Shown one piece after another: positions 28,636-38,749 of a stretch of 64,000 nucleotides of DNA (positions are counted from its first letter, which is position 1; every line of letters starts with the position of its first letter). The position numbers and the translations under genes are program-made. This DNA is from Dehalococcoidia bacterium (lineage in GTDB: Bacteria > Chloroflexota > Dehalococcoidia > UBA6926): the NCBI GenBank assembly GCA_963666115.2, contig CAXXET010000007.1, positions 96,001 through 160,000 of the forward strand. Direction: 5' to 3'. The notes under the pieces were generated by a model. It did not search any database. It had not been told where the DNA came from and worked only from the letters and a program-made list of their open reading frames with translations.

Positions 28636-31014
28636 ATGCGGCGGAATCCAGCTCGACTACTAGTACTAACGGCCATCATCGCCATCCTGTTAGCAGTCTC
28701 CCCGGCGTCCTTTGCCGGGGCGCAGGAGGGCGAGAGGCAAACGTCCGGCTCCCCCGGCATCCTCACGCCGGACTACCCCTACCTTGCGCCGGACGCGCTC
28801 GCCTTCCGGGACCAGGCCGCCCGCTACCTGTCCGGCCGCGTTTCGCTAATCGCGCAGGGGCTGGACGCGGACTCGGCAAGCATCGGCGGCGAGGGACAGA
28901 CCGGCCCCGTGGCATCCGCCCAGGGCGCGCCTGATTCGCAGGGCGGCGTCCTCGTCCCTTACCGCGACCCCTCCGCGCGTTTCAGCCGCAACATCCTCAT
29001 CCCCACGGACTTCAGCGCTGCTCCCATACAGACGGAGCCGCACCTGGCCGTCGACCCCCTTGATCCCGACCACATCGTCGCCGGCATGATCGACTACAAC
29101 TTCCCGGGCACCACCATGTACGTGACGTACGACGGCGGTGTGACGTGGGAGGGCCCGGCGGTGATCAAGCGACCCCGCGAAGAACTCGGCGCGGGCGGCG
29201 ACCCCGTTCTTGCGTTCGACCGTGAGGGTTCCATTTACAACACCTTCATCTCGCTGGACATCGAGGAGTTCACCGTCGGCAACCTGCTGGGATCGGCGGT
29301 CGTCTCCAGCATGGCGCTCAGTTCGTCTAGCGATGGCGGATTCACGTGGACGCAGGGCTCCCCGGCGGTCAGGAGCCAGGTGACCTCCGATTTCGAAATC
29401 GACTCGCTGGGACGCACGCGCGGCACCGTCTCCATCGGTTTCCTGGACAAGCCCTGGCTGGCCGTCGGCCCGAATCCCGATGAGCCGGAGTCGGACATCA
29501 TCTATATCTCCTACACCCACTTCAACACCACCTACCGCATCTCCTACACGGATGAGTTGGCCTTCCTCAGCAACCCCGTCCTCCAAACCACCATTGAGGT
29601 CGTCAGTTCAGAAGACGGCGGCATCAGCTGGTCTGATCCCGTCATCGTCAGCCCGACCATTCGCCAGGTCTTCGAGTTTGGCGGCTCGGAGCAGGTGACG
29701 ATTGAGGACAACCCCGGCTCCCTGCAATCGCCGGACGCAATCCCCGGCGGGCAGGTGATCGAGAGCCTCAAGCGCATCGTCCAGGGGTCGTACGTGGCGG
29801 CCCATGATGACGGAACCGTCTACGTGTCGTGGATGGACTCCTCCGACGACGGCCCGTTTGAAGGGCTGGCGCAGATGTACGTCGCCAAGTCCGAGGACGG
29901 CGGCGACACGTTCGCGGACGGACGGCAGGCCGCCAGCTTCCTGGAATTGGGCTTCTCCCCGCGAAGCAGCTTCTACCGTTTCTGGGGGTCGGCCTTCTCG
30001 CGCATAGCCATTGGGCCGAATGAGGAACTGTACGTGGTGTTTTCCGCCGCGCCCTCCGGCGACCCGTCCGATGACGCGGACGTCATGATGATCCGCTCGA
30101 TGGACGAGGGCCGCACGTGGAGCCGCCCCCCGCTGCGCGTCAACGACGACCGCACGTCCGGCATCCAGTTCTTCCCCGCCATCGACACCTCCCCCGACGG
30201 CAAGATCCACGTCATGTGGGCGGACACGCGGGACGATCCGGGAATCGACCTCCGCTACCACATCTACTACGCCGTCTCCGAGGACAACGGGGAATCGTTC
30301 AGCATCAACTCCCGCGTCACGGACTCCGCGTCCAACCCCAACTTCGGCTTCCCCGGCGGCCAGTTCATTGGCGACTACATGGGAATAGCCGCCACCGATG
30401 AGGACGTGTACCTCGTATGGCCTGACACCCGACTTGGCGAGTTCCAGGGCACGAACCAAAAGATCGGATTCGCCCGGATGCGCCAGATGCCCAGCCCGTC
30501 CATCTTCCTCTCACCCGCGCGCGGCGCATCCGCCACAACCGTCACAATCCAGGGGTTCAATTTCCAGGCTGACCAGGACATCTTCATCCTCGTCAGCGGC
30601 GTCCTCGTCTCCACCATCGAATCCAACGATGAGGGGCGCTTCACAACGCAGCTCTTCTTCCCCACCGCCGGCGAGGGCCCGCAGAGCGTCGCCGTTTTCG
30701 ACGCCTCCGGCAACTCCGCCACCGCGTCTTTCTACAACGAGTTCGGCTTCGATAACCTCCAGGAGACCGCCGAGCACATCGCGGAGATCAAGGCCGCGCT
30801 GAGTTCGGAGACGCTGACCGGCATCCAGGAGGCGTTGGAGCGCATCGAGGCCGGTGACACGGACGATGACGCCGGCGGCTGCACCACCGGCAACGCCACG
30901 GCGGACATGGCGCTGGTCGGCCTGATCGCCCTGGGCATCATCGGCGGCTTGCAGTTGAATGCGCGCAGACGCCGCCGCGCCAACAACGAGGACGGAGATG
31001 AATTCGATGCGTAA
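28636..31014 (+). CDS. Secreted BNR/Asp-box (sialidase-like beta-propeller) protein with an Ig-like domain and a C-terminal GGC-TM-RRR tail
   Basis: Signal peptide, six Asp-boxes (TYDGGVTW, SSDGGFTW, SEDGGISW, SEDGGDTF, SMDEGRTW, SEDNGESF), DKPW and GDYMG. Confidence 0.85.
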   Translation: MRRNPARLLVLTAIIAILLAVSPASFAGAQEGERQTSGSPGILTPDYPYLAPDALAFRDQAARYLSGRVSLIAQGLDADSASIGGEGQTGPVASAQGAPDSQGGVLVPYRDPSARFSRNILIPTDFSAAPIQTEPHLAVDPLDPDHIVAGMIDYNFPGTTMYVTYDGGVTWEGPAVIKRPREELGAGGDPVLAFDREGSIYNTFISLDIEEFTVGNLLGSAVVSSMALSSSSDGGFTWTQGSPAVRSQVTSDFEIDSLGRTRGTVSIGFLDKPWLAVGPNPDEPESDIIYISYTHFNTTYRISYTDELAFLSNPVLQTTIEVVSSEDGGISWSDPVIVSPTIRQVFEFGGSEQVTIEDNPGSLQSPDAIPGGQVIESLKRIVQGSYVAAHDDGTVYVSWMDSSDDGPFEGLAQMYVAKSEDGGDTFADGRQAASFLELGFSPRSSFYRFWGSAFSRIAIGPNEELYVVFSAAPSGDPSDDADVMMIRSMDEGRTWSRPPLRVNDDRTSGIQFFPAIDTSPDGKIHVMWADTRDDPGIDLRYHIYYAVSEDNGESFSINSRVTDSASNPNFGFPGGQFIGDYMGIAATDEDVYLVWPDTRLGEFQGTNQKIGFARMRQMPSPSIFLSPARGASATTVTIQGFNFQADQDIFILVSGVLVSTIESNDEGRFTTQLFFPTAGEGPQSVAVFDASGNSATASFYNEFGFDNLQETAEHIAEIKAALSSETLTGIQEALERIEAGDTDDDAGGCTTGNATADMALVGLIALGIIGGLQLNARRRRRANNEDGDEFDA

Positions 31015-33620
31015 GCTCATACTCGGCCTCACCCTCATCCTCGGCATCCTCGCCGGCAGCGGCGCGGCCCTCGCTCAAACCCCGGACGACTACACCCCCC
31101 CCCCACGCCCGCCCCGGCCCCGCCGTAGACACCCTCCACTACCGCTCCTTCAACGTCGATCTCGCCCCGCAGGAACTCCAGCGCGATGAGATGGACATGT
31201 ACATCTTCAACCTCAAGACGGACGCGGCGCAGGCCCTGCGCGGCGATGACTCCATCGAACTGTACGAAGCGCCCGCGTCCACCATCTCCCTCATCCTGAA
31301 CCCCGCCCCCGCCCCGGAAGGCCAGCTCAACCCCTTCTCCCTGCCGGAGGTGCGGCGCGCCGTCCAGCATCTCGTCAACCGCGAGTTCATCACGCAGGAA
31401 ATCTACAAGGGCCTCGCCCGCCCCATGCAGACCCACGTCAACCCGTTCGACTTCGATTACACCGTCGTTGCGGAGATGCTGGCGCGGCAAGACCTGTCCT
31501 ATGACCCGGGGCGCGCGCGCGCGGTTATCGCCCACGCCATGACGGAGGCGGGCGCGTCCATGGTGGACGGCGCGTGGAACTACAACGGCGAGCCGATCCG
31601 CCTCCGCTTCATCATCCGCGTGGAGGATGAGCGCCGCGAGGTGGGCGACCTGATCCGCGCCGAGTTGGAGCAGGCGGGATTCCTGATCGCCCCCGTCTAC
31701 CACCAGTTCGCCCCCGCCATCCTCACCGTCTACAGCACGGACCCGCAGCTCTTCGAATGGCACCTGTACACGGAGGGATGGGGGCGCGGCGCGGCGGAAC
31801 GATACGATTCCGCCACCATCAACCAGATGTCTGCCCCGTGGCTCGGCAACATGCCCGGCTGGCAGGAGACCGGCTTCTGGCAGTACGAAAACGCGCGCAT
31901 CGATGACCTCGGCCAGCGCATCTTCCGCGGCGATTTCCAAAACCGCGAGGAGCGCGACGCGCTCTACCGGGAGGTCACGCGCCTCTCCGTCGAAGAATCC
32001 GTCCGCGTCTGGCTCGCGACAATCCTGACCACGTTCCCCGCCAACGCCAACATCGTCGGCGTCACCCAGGACGTGGCGGCGGGCCCCAAGCTCCAGTGGA
32101 CGTTCCGCGAGGCGTACGCGCCGGGGCAGGACACCCTGACCGTCGGCCACCTGTGGGTCTGGACGGAGCGCAGCACGTGGAACCCCGTTTCCGGCTTCGG
32201 TGACGTCTACAGCAGCGACGTGTGGCGCAACCTGGCCGATCCCGCCATGACGCGCCACCCCTTCACCGGCCTGCCCATCCCCATGCGCGCCGGTTACCAG
32301 GTGGAGACGGCAGGCCCGGGCGGCAAGCTCTCCGTGCCGTCCACCGTCCAGCGTTGGGACGCGGACGCCGGGGAGTGGGCGAGCGTGGGCGATGGCGTGG
32401 AGGCCACGTCCAAGGTCACTTTCGACTACAGCAAGTTCTTCCAGGCCCCCTGGCATCACGGCCAACAGATCACGATGGCTGACCTTGTCTATGACATCTA
32501 CCAGACCTTTGACATGGTGTACGGGCCGGAGAAGTCCCAGGTCGAATTCGCCCTCGCAACAACCGCCAAGCCGCTGCTGGACACCGTCCGCGGCTTCCGC
32601 GTGCTGGATGAGAACCGCATCGAGGTCTACGTCGATTACTGGCACTTCGTGGACGACTACATCGCGGAGTACGCCGTGCCCGGCGGCATGACCATGCCGT
32701 GGGAGGTCCTCGCCGCGATGGACGACGTGGTATTCAACCAGCGCCGCGCCGCCTACAGCGACACCTCCGCCCAGCGGTTCGGCGTGCCGTGGCTCAGCCT
32801 GGTGCAGGACCGTGACGCCCGCACCGTTGACCGCGCGCTTGGGCAATTCGAGCGCGACGGCTTTGTGCCCATGGCGGCGCTCACCATCGGAGGGCAGGCG
32901 CTCGTCACGGAGCAGGAGGCCATGGAGCGCTACCGCGCCGCGCAGGCGTGGTTCGATGAGCAAGGCCTCATGGTCATCAGCAACGGGCCGTTCTACCTGG
33001 AGCGGTTCGATCCCCCCGCGCAGTTCGCCGAACTCAAGGCATTCCGCGATGAGAACTACCCCTTCAAGCCCGGCGATTGGCATTTCGGCGCGGCAGAGCC
33101 CATCAGCATTGAGACCGGAAGCCCCGGCAGCATCGTCATCGGCCAGGATTTCAGCGTCGGCTCAACGGTGAACGGCCCCGGTGAGCTGGGCGTCCGCTAC
33201 GTCTGGTCGGACCCCGCCACGGGCAACGTCGTCAAGAGCGGCGACGCGGAAATCGCGGAAAGCTTTCCCGTACAGGCCTTCGTCAACCTCTCCGCGTCGG
33301 AGACCGCCGCGCTCGTCCCCGGCCTCTACCGCCTCTCCATCACCGCCTACAGCGATCAACTCTCCACAGTCTCAGAACGCGTTTTGACGGTGGAGGCGTC
33401 CGCGACGGGCGATGGGACGGCGACGGGCGGAGCCCCGGACGACACCGCCACCACCACAAACCCCGATGATGCCACCGCCGACAGCGACGCCGACACCGGC
33501 GGCGGCTGCTTCGCAGGCGCCGCTACATCGGACCTGCTGCTGATCGGGGGACTTTTGCTGGGGCTGGTGGGGGTGCGTGTTAGGCGGAGGCAACTCGAAA
33601 ATGGAGAGGACGGTGAGTAG
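31007..33620 (+). CDS. Archaeal-type family-5 ABC solute-binding protein with a C-terminal GGGC-TM-RRR tail (frameshift in the poly-C run near 31095-31120)
   Basis: Sec signal peptide without a lipobox, LNPFSLPEVRRA, LYTEGW, WNPV.GF.D.YS, WHHGQ.ITMAD and ISNGPFYL. Confidence 0.85.
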
Positions 33621-33623
33621 AGG

Positions 33624-34865
33624 ATGACGACACAGAATGGGCCGGATCTTGGCTGGGTGCCCTTCTACGAGGAGTTTGCCAACAGGCTCAGGAAAGATTA
33701 CGGGCACGATACCAGGCAAGGAGAGTTAGTCCAGGCGGTTCGGGAAGCGTTGGCAGCCGTGAAGAGCGACGCTAGCGTCAACGAAGGTGCCACTTGCCCG
33801 TTCAGCGTGATGGCGTCATTCAATCGAGGGGTTTCGACTAGCAACGAGACTAGGAAGAAGATCTCGATCGCATTGAGGCATTCCCTGAGCGTTGGAGCAG
33901 ATTCACCTTCCAAATTTGACGGCATCCCTGTCGTCAACAGTCAGCAATGGCGGTTTTTTCCGTATACAAGCGAACCGGAACCGGGTGACATCGAATCCCT
34001 GTGGAAGGTCTTTCGAGACGCACTAGCGCTTGATAAGAATCCTGATGACGACGGTGCGAAGGCGGCATTTGCAGATTCGTTCAATGTCGCGCTCGGGGTC
34101 AAGAACAACGGCTTAAAGAAATTGACCATGGGTCTCTTTTGGATTCGGCCAAACACCTTTGTCGCGCTCGATGAGCCTAACCTCCTGTACATGGAGCGGC
34201 ACTTCCCGCACCCATTGGTTGGTAAGGCCAACAAGGCCAGCCAGAGCGGCAATAAGAGGGGTTTTACCGGTGACAACTATCTTGAACTCAACGACTATAT
34301 TCTCCGCAACCTAGAAGAGGCGAAAGAAGCCGGTTCGCGCGTGGCCAGCATTCCGTCGTTGTCGCATGCCGCATGGGTAAGTCGCAATCGGGACTTCGTT
34401 CAAACCGCGGTCGCGCAACTCTTTGAAGACTTAAGCGAGTTTGACCCAGCGATTGTGGAGGATGAGCTAGAAAGAAAGCTTTCGTCAATCGTCCCTCGCC
34501 CAGGCCAGAATAAGTTTCGTGAAAAACTCCTGAAGGCATACGGAGAACACTGCGCTATCACGGGTTACGATGCGGAGAAAGCACTGCAGGCAGCCCACAT
34601 TCGTCCATACAAGGGACGCAAAACCGATCGTGTTGATAATGGGCTGCTATTGCGCGCGGACATACATAACCTATTTGACGCATATCTACTCGGTATAGAT
34701 CCGGATACGGGAGATGTCTGGATTAGCAATGAGCTAAAGGATACGAAATACGCTGAGTTGGAGGGCAAGAAGGCACAGGTGCCGGAGAAACCTGCGCACA
34801 GGCCGAAAGCAGATGCATTGAGAGAGCGCTGGGAAAAAGCGCGGGAACTGGGTAGGTTCAATTGA
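33624..34865 (+). CDS. HNH endonuclease fused to an McrB-N-terminal-like domain (putative type IV restriction enzyme)
   Basis: C-terminal RPGQ.KFR..LL..Y...CAITG...L.AAHI.PY...NGLLLRADIH.LFD; N-terminal WVPFYEEFA...FDGIPV...LTMGLFWIRP; low GC. Confidence 0.8.
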   Translation: MTTQNGPDLGWVPFYEEFANRLRKDYGHDTRQGELVQAVREALAAVKSDASVNEGATCPFSVMASFNRGVSTSNETRKKISIALRHSLSVGADSPSKFDGIPVVNSQQWRFFPYTSEPEPGDIESLWKVFRDALALDKNPDDDGAKAAFADSFNVALGVKNNGLKKLTMGLFWIRPNTFVALDEPNLLYMERHFPHPLVGKANKASQSGNKRGFTGDNYLELNDYILRNLEEAKEAGSRVASIPSLSHAAWVSRNRDFVQTAVAQLFEDLSEFDPAIVEDELERKLSSIVPRPGQNKFREKLLKAYGEHCAITGYDAEKALQAAHIRPYKGRKTDRVDNGLLLRADIHNLFDAYLLGIDPDTGDVWISNELKDTKYAELEGKKAQVPEKPAHRPKADALRERWEKARELGRFN

Positions 34866-34881
34866 CGCCTGCCAACGCTTT

Positions 34882-34909
34882 AGATTCCTCGGCTGCGCTC
34901 ACAATGACA
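34882..34909 (-). repeat. REP-like element, family B (TGTCATTxTGAGCGCAGCxxGAATC)
   Basis: Reverse complement resembles the copies at 40087-40120 and 56216-56249. Confidence 0.75.
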
Positions 34910-34954
34910 GCAGAGCGGCAGTGGGCGCTATCGCAAACCGACTTAGGTTATTCC

Positions 34955-35251
34955 TTACGCCGTAGTCTGCGGCCGGTACCGCTCGACGTGTATCTGATCC
35001 TCGCCCTTGCGCGCTTGCGCCAGGTCATAGGAGGTCTGCCGGCGCAGCCAGAAGTCCGCGTTTGACCATCCGGCCTTCTCGAGACGAATGGCCATGTCGG
35101 GTGAAATCGCGGCATGGCCGTTCAACACCCGCGAAAGCGTGTGACGGGCGACACCCAGAACCCCCGCCGCCTCAGTGATACTCAGGCCAAGGGGCTCCAG
35201 ACAATTCTCCCTGATGCTGCGGCCAGGATGGGGCGGGTCCTTCATAGCCAT
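34955..35251 (-). CDS. higA: HigA-family antitoxin (orphan)
   Basis: MKDPPHPG...[33 protein letters not shown]....FWL..Q..YDL. Confidence 0.9.
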   Translation of the reverse strand: MAMKDPPHPGRSIRENCLEPLGLSITEAAGVLGVARHTLSRVLNGHAAISPDMAIRLEKAGWSNADFWLRRQTSYDLAQARKGEDQIHVERYRPQTTA

Positions 35252-36073
35252 CGAATTGTACCGTGTACCGATACGGCTATCAAAGGTCTCAATAGTGGCG
35301 ACTGGGCTAAGCCATACCGACCTGCCTCCGCTCACCCTGAGCCCGCCGAAAGATGCCCCCCATGTGACACCTCCATTTGACGCACCCCAAACACCTGTCC
35401 TAAAGTCACCCACATCGAGCCATCCCACGGCGGCCCGACACGCTAGCAACTGAGCCGCCACCATCCCCGGGAGCGCACAGGAGGGCGCCCCCTGCACGGG
35501 AAAAGAGAACGCATCGCTGCCAAGGTTCCTCAACATACCCGGCCAGGAAACCACGACGGGTTTGCTCGTGGCCACGGGCGATCAGTGACGGTGGGCTGAC
35601 GGGAGCGCGTAGCGGCCCAAAACATGCCATGACCCTGGCGGGCCGCCCTGCGCAACGTCCGACGCGGGTCAAGTGCCATCGGCATTTGCGTTAGGGGCAT
35701 GCCGTACATCCGTGAAGTGGCATCGCGGCTGTGCGAGGATGGACCGCCGCCGCTCACGTTAACCGCGTGTTGCGCGCGAGGGACGAACTTCCCGTCCGGC
35801 GACGTGATCGCCTGGCGGGAGGCGGACACGGCCAACGCCATCGAAAGGCCCGTGCCCACCCAACATGGGGCGAGGAACCTGCAGGCGCAGCAGACCCGCC
35901 CAGCGTCAGGCGTCCCCTGGCTGCGACCCAAGCGCGCCACCGGCCCGAACCGACGAACAGCCAGGAACCGGCAGCGATGCGTTCCCTCCAAGCCCCCCAA
36001 CTCGAACAACAAACCGAACCGCCAGAAAGGAGCCAACCGAGACCCTCTCCCCCGAACACGCTAAACTATACCG

Positions 36074-38275
36074 ATGATCGAGACTGCCCGAGCGGCAATT
36101 GGCGATGATCCTGCGGCGGCAGCACCCCCGCGCCCCGCGTTCGGTGAGCTTGAAACGCGCCTCAAGGCGCACCGGCTCCCGGCGGAGCGCATCGACGCCA
36201 TCCGTGAAGCGTTTCACACGGCTGAACGCGCCCACGAAGGCCAGCTCCGCAAGTCCGGCGACCCGTACATCTGCCACCCTCTTGAAACCGCCCTCATCCT
36301 GACCGGCATCGAAATGCTGGACGCGCCCACCCTGCAGGCGGCGCTCTTACATGACGTCGTCGAAGACTCCCCCATGACGCTCGACGAGATGCGCGAGGGC
36401 TTCGGCGCGGAGATCGCGGAACTTGTGGACGGCGTCACAAAGTTGTCTCGCCTCGCCGCGCAGCCCGCCAACGCCAGCGTCTACCAGGCCGAAAGCCTCC
36501 GCAAAATGCTCCTCGCCATGGCGCAGGATGTCCGCGTCGTCCTCATCAAGCTGGCCGACCGCCTCCACAACATGCGCACGCTGGACGCCCTCGCCCCTGA
36601 GCAGCGTCACCGCATCTCGCTGGAGACGCGCGACATCTACGCCCCCCTTGCCCACCGGCTCGGCATTGACAGCATCGAATCGGAACTCCATGATCTCGCA
36701 TTCTTCCACCTGGAACCCGCGCGGTATCGCCGCATCTCCTACCTCGTCGCCGCCCGCCTCACGGAGCGCGAAACGGGAGTCCGTGAGGCTCTGACGGCCT
36801 TGACGGAGTCCCTGGCTGAGCAGGGCTACAAGGACGTTGAGATTTCCGGCAGGACCAAGAGCATCTACAGCATCGCCCAGAAGATGGAGCGCTACCGCGA
36901 GATCGGGCGCGATTTCGAAGACATCAACGACCTGCAGGCCGTCCGCGTCGTCGTGAAGGACGTGCAGGACTGCTACGGCGTGCTCGGCATCATCCACGGC
37001 ATCTGGCGCCCCCTGCCCGGCCAGTTCGACGACTACATCGCCAACCCGCGCCAAACCGGCTATCAATCCCTCCACACAACCGTCGTCACGCCGGACGGCA
37101 ACACCCTGGAGGTGCAGATTCGCACGGCGGACATGCACCAGACGGCGGAATACGGCATCGCGGCGCACTGGCGCTACAAGGAGGGCGCGGCGGGCGGCGA
37201 GTTCGATGAGCGCATCGCGTGGCTGCGGCAGCTCCTTGATTGGCAGCGCGACGTGATCGGCGCGCAGGAATTCGTCGATCAACTGAAGCACGAGATACTC
37301 GTCGACCAGGTCTACGTCTACACGCCCAAGGGCGAGATTCGCGAACTGCCGGCCGGATCCACGCCCATCGACTTTGCGTTCCGCATCCACACGGACGTCG
37401 GCTACGGCACGGCGGGCGCGAAGGTCAACGGGCGGATGGTCTCGTTGAGCTACACGCTGAAGAACGGCGACACCATCGAGATCATCCCGTCCAAGAACGC
37501 CAAGGGGCCGAGCCTCGATTGGCTGAACCCGGACCTCGGCTACGTGCGAACGGAGTTGGCGCGTTCCAAGATTCGCCACTGGTTCCGCGTGCAGGAGCGT
37601 TCGGAGAGCGCCGCGCGCGGCCGCCAGATGCTGGAACGCGAGGCGCGCCGGCTCCACATGCAGCTTGACCCGCAGCACCTGGCGACCCTGTTCGGCTACC
37701 AGACGGCGGATGAGTTCATCCTGGCGCTCGGCACCGGGCAGGTCGGCGTCAACCAGATCGCCGCCCGCCTCGCGCCCCCAAAGGAAGAGCCGGAGACAAT
37801 CCAGATCCGCCCCTCCAGCGGCGAACTCGCCGTGAACGTGCCCGGGCTCGGCCCCACGCGCGCCCGCTCCGCGCCCTGCTGCCGCCCCATGCCGGGAGAG
37901 AAAATCCTCGGCTTCATCACGCGCAACCGCGGCGTCACCGTGCATCGGGCCGACTGCGACAACGTGCTCAACGAGGACGAGCCGGAGCGGTTGATGGACG
38001 TGAGCTGGCCGGATTTCGAGCAGAAATACCCCTCCACCGTCGTCATTTCGTCGCAGGACCGCGTTGGGCTTTTGCGCGACATCACGACGCTCGTGTCAGC
38101 CGATCACATCAACATCACGGGGGTGCGTGATAGACACGATGCGGATAGGACGGTTACGATAACTCTCACGGTTGAAGCCAGCGGACTGCCGCAGGTCAGC
38201 CGCATGATGTCCCGGCTGGAAGACCTGCCGGGCGTCTTCAACGTCTACCGGACATCGAGGAGCAGGAGAACGTGA
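36074..38275 (+). CDS. rel: Bifunctional (p)ppGpp synthetase/hydrolase (long RSH, Rel)
   Basis: LHDVVED hydrolase motif, IKLADRLHNMRT, GRTKS, YQSLHT, EVQIRT, AAHWRYK, TGS and ACT domains. Confidence 0.96.
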   Translation: MIETARAAIGDDPAAAAPPRPAFGELETRLKAHRLPAERIDAIREAFHTAERAHEGQLRKSGDPYICHPLETALILTGIEMLDAPTLQAALLHDVVEDSPMTLDEMREGFGAEIAELVDGVTKLSRLAAQPANASVYQAESLRKMLLAMAQDVRVVLIKLADRLHNMRTLDALAPEQRHRISLETRDIYAPLAHRLGIDSIESELHDLAFFHLEPARYRRISYLVAARLTERETGVREALTALTESLAEQGYKDVEISGRTKSIYSIAQKMERYREIGRDFEDINDLQAVRVVVKDVQDCYGVLGIIHGIWRPLPGQFDDYIANPRQTGYQSLHTTVVTPDGNTLEVQIRTADMHQTAEYGIAAHWRYKEGAAGGEFDERIAWLRQLLDWQRDVIGAQEFVDQLKHEILVDQVYVYTPKGEIRELPAGSTPIDFAFRIHTDVGYGTAGAKVNGRMVSLSYTLKNGDTIEIIPSKNAKGPSLDWLNPDLGYVRTELARSKIRHWFRVQERSESAARGRQMLEREARRLHMQLDPQHLATLFGYQTADEFILALGTGQVGVNQIAARLAPPKEEPETIQIRPSSGELAVNVPGLGPTRARSAPCCRPMPGEKILGFITRNRGVTVHRADCDNVLNEDEPERLMDVSWPDFEQKYPSTVVISSQDRVGLLRDITTLVSADHINITGVRDRHDADRTVTITLTVEASGLPQVSRMMSRLEDLPGVFNVYRTSRSRRT

Positions 38276-38535
38276 CAAAGGGAATCTCGGCGGCCAAGGC
38301 GCATCGGCGCTCCCTCAGGAAGCGCGACGTCAACCGCCACCGGAATCGAACAATCAGGACACTCATCCGCAACGCGCGCGAGGACATCGAGGACGGGGTG
38401 GAGGAGGCGCCGGATACCGTGCGCCGCGCCATGGCCGCCCTCGACCGCGCGAAGGGCAAGACGCTGCACGGCAGGAACGTCGATCGGCGCAAGAGCCGCC
38501 TCGCCCGCCTCCTGAACAAGACCCAGGCCGCCTGA
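38272..38535 (+). CDS. rpsT: 30S ribosomal protein S20
   Basis: SA.KA.R.S......NR....IRT...LDRA...LH...RRKSRL; basic, 87 aa. Confidence 0.88.
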   Translation: MTKGISAAKAHRRSLRKRDVNRHRNRTIRTLIRNAREDIEDGVEEAPDTVRRAMAALDRAKGKTLHGRNVDRRKSRLARLLNKTQAA

Positions 38536-38612
38536 TCTCCCCGCCGCGCCGATATGGCTGACATGACGATACACACCGACGGGACTCCCCGGTTATGTGA
38601 ACAGGATCACGT

Positions 38613-38699
38613 GCCGGGGTGGCGGAACGGTAGACGCGGCGGACTTAAAATCCGCTTCCCCAAAAAGGAGTGGGGGTTCGAGTCCCTCCCCCGGCACCA
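38613..38699 (+). tRNA. tRNA-Leu(TAA)
   Basis: Acceptor GCCGGGG/CCCCGGC, anticodon arm GCGGA-CTTAAAA-TCCGC, variable arm and CCA. Confidence 0.96.
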
Positions 38700-38749
38700 C
38701 TCACGCAAATCCCCTGAATTGACCTAAAGGCAATCACCCACGACGAAAA

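Noticed and set aside
30985-33620. Shared NxEDG[DE] extreme C-terminus as part of the sorting signal
   Set aside because: The underlying GAGGACGG purine tract sits just before the next start codon and may simply be the ribosome-binding site of the downstream gene.
31035-37945. Long antisense ORFs (for example 31035-33083 and 36347-37945 on the minus strand) as overlapping genes
   Set aside because: They are stop-poor shadow frames of GC-rich genes with no recognisable motifs.
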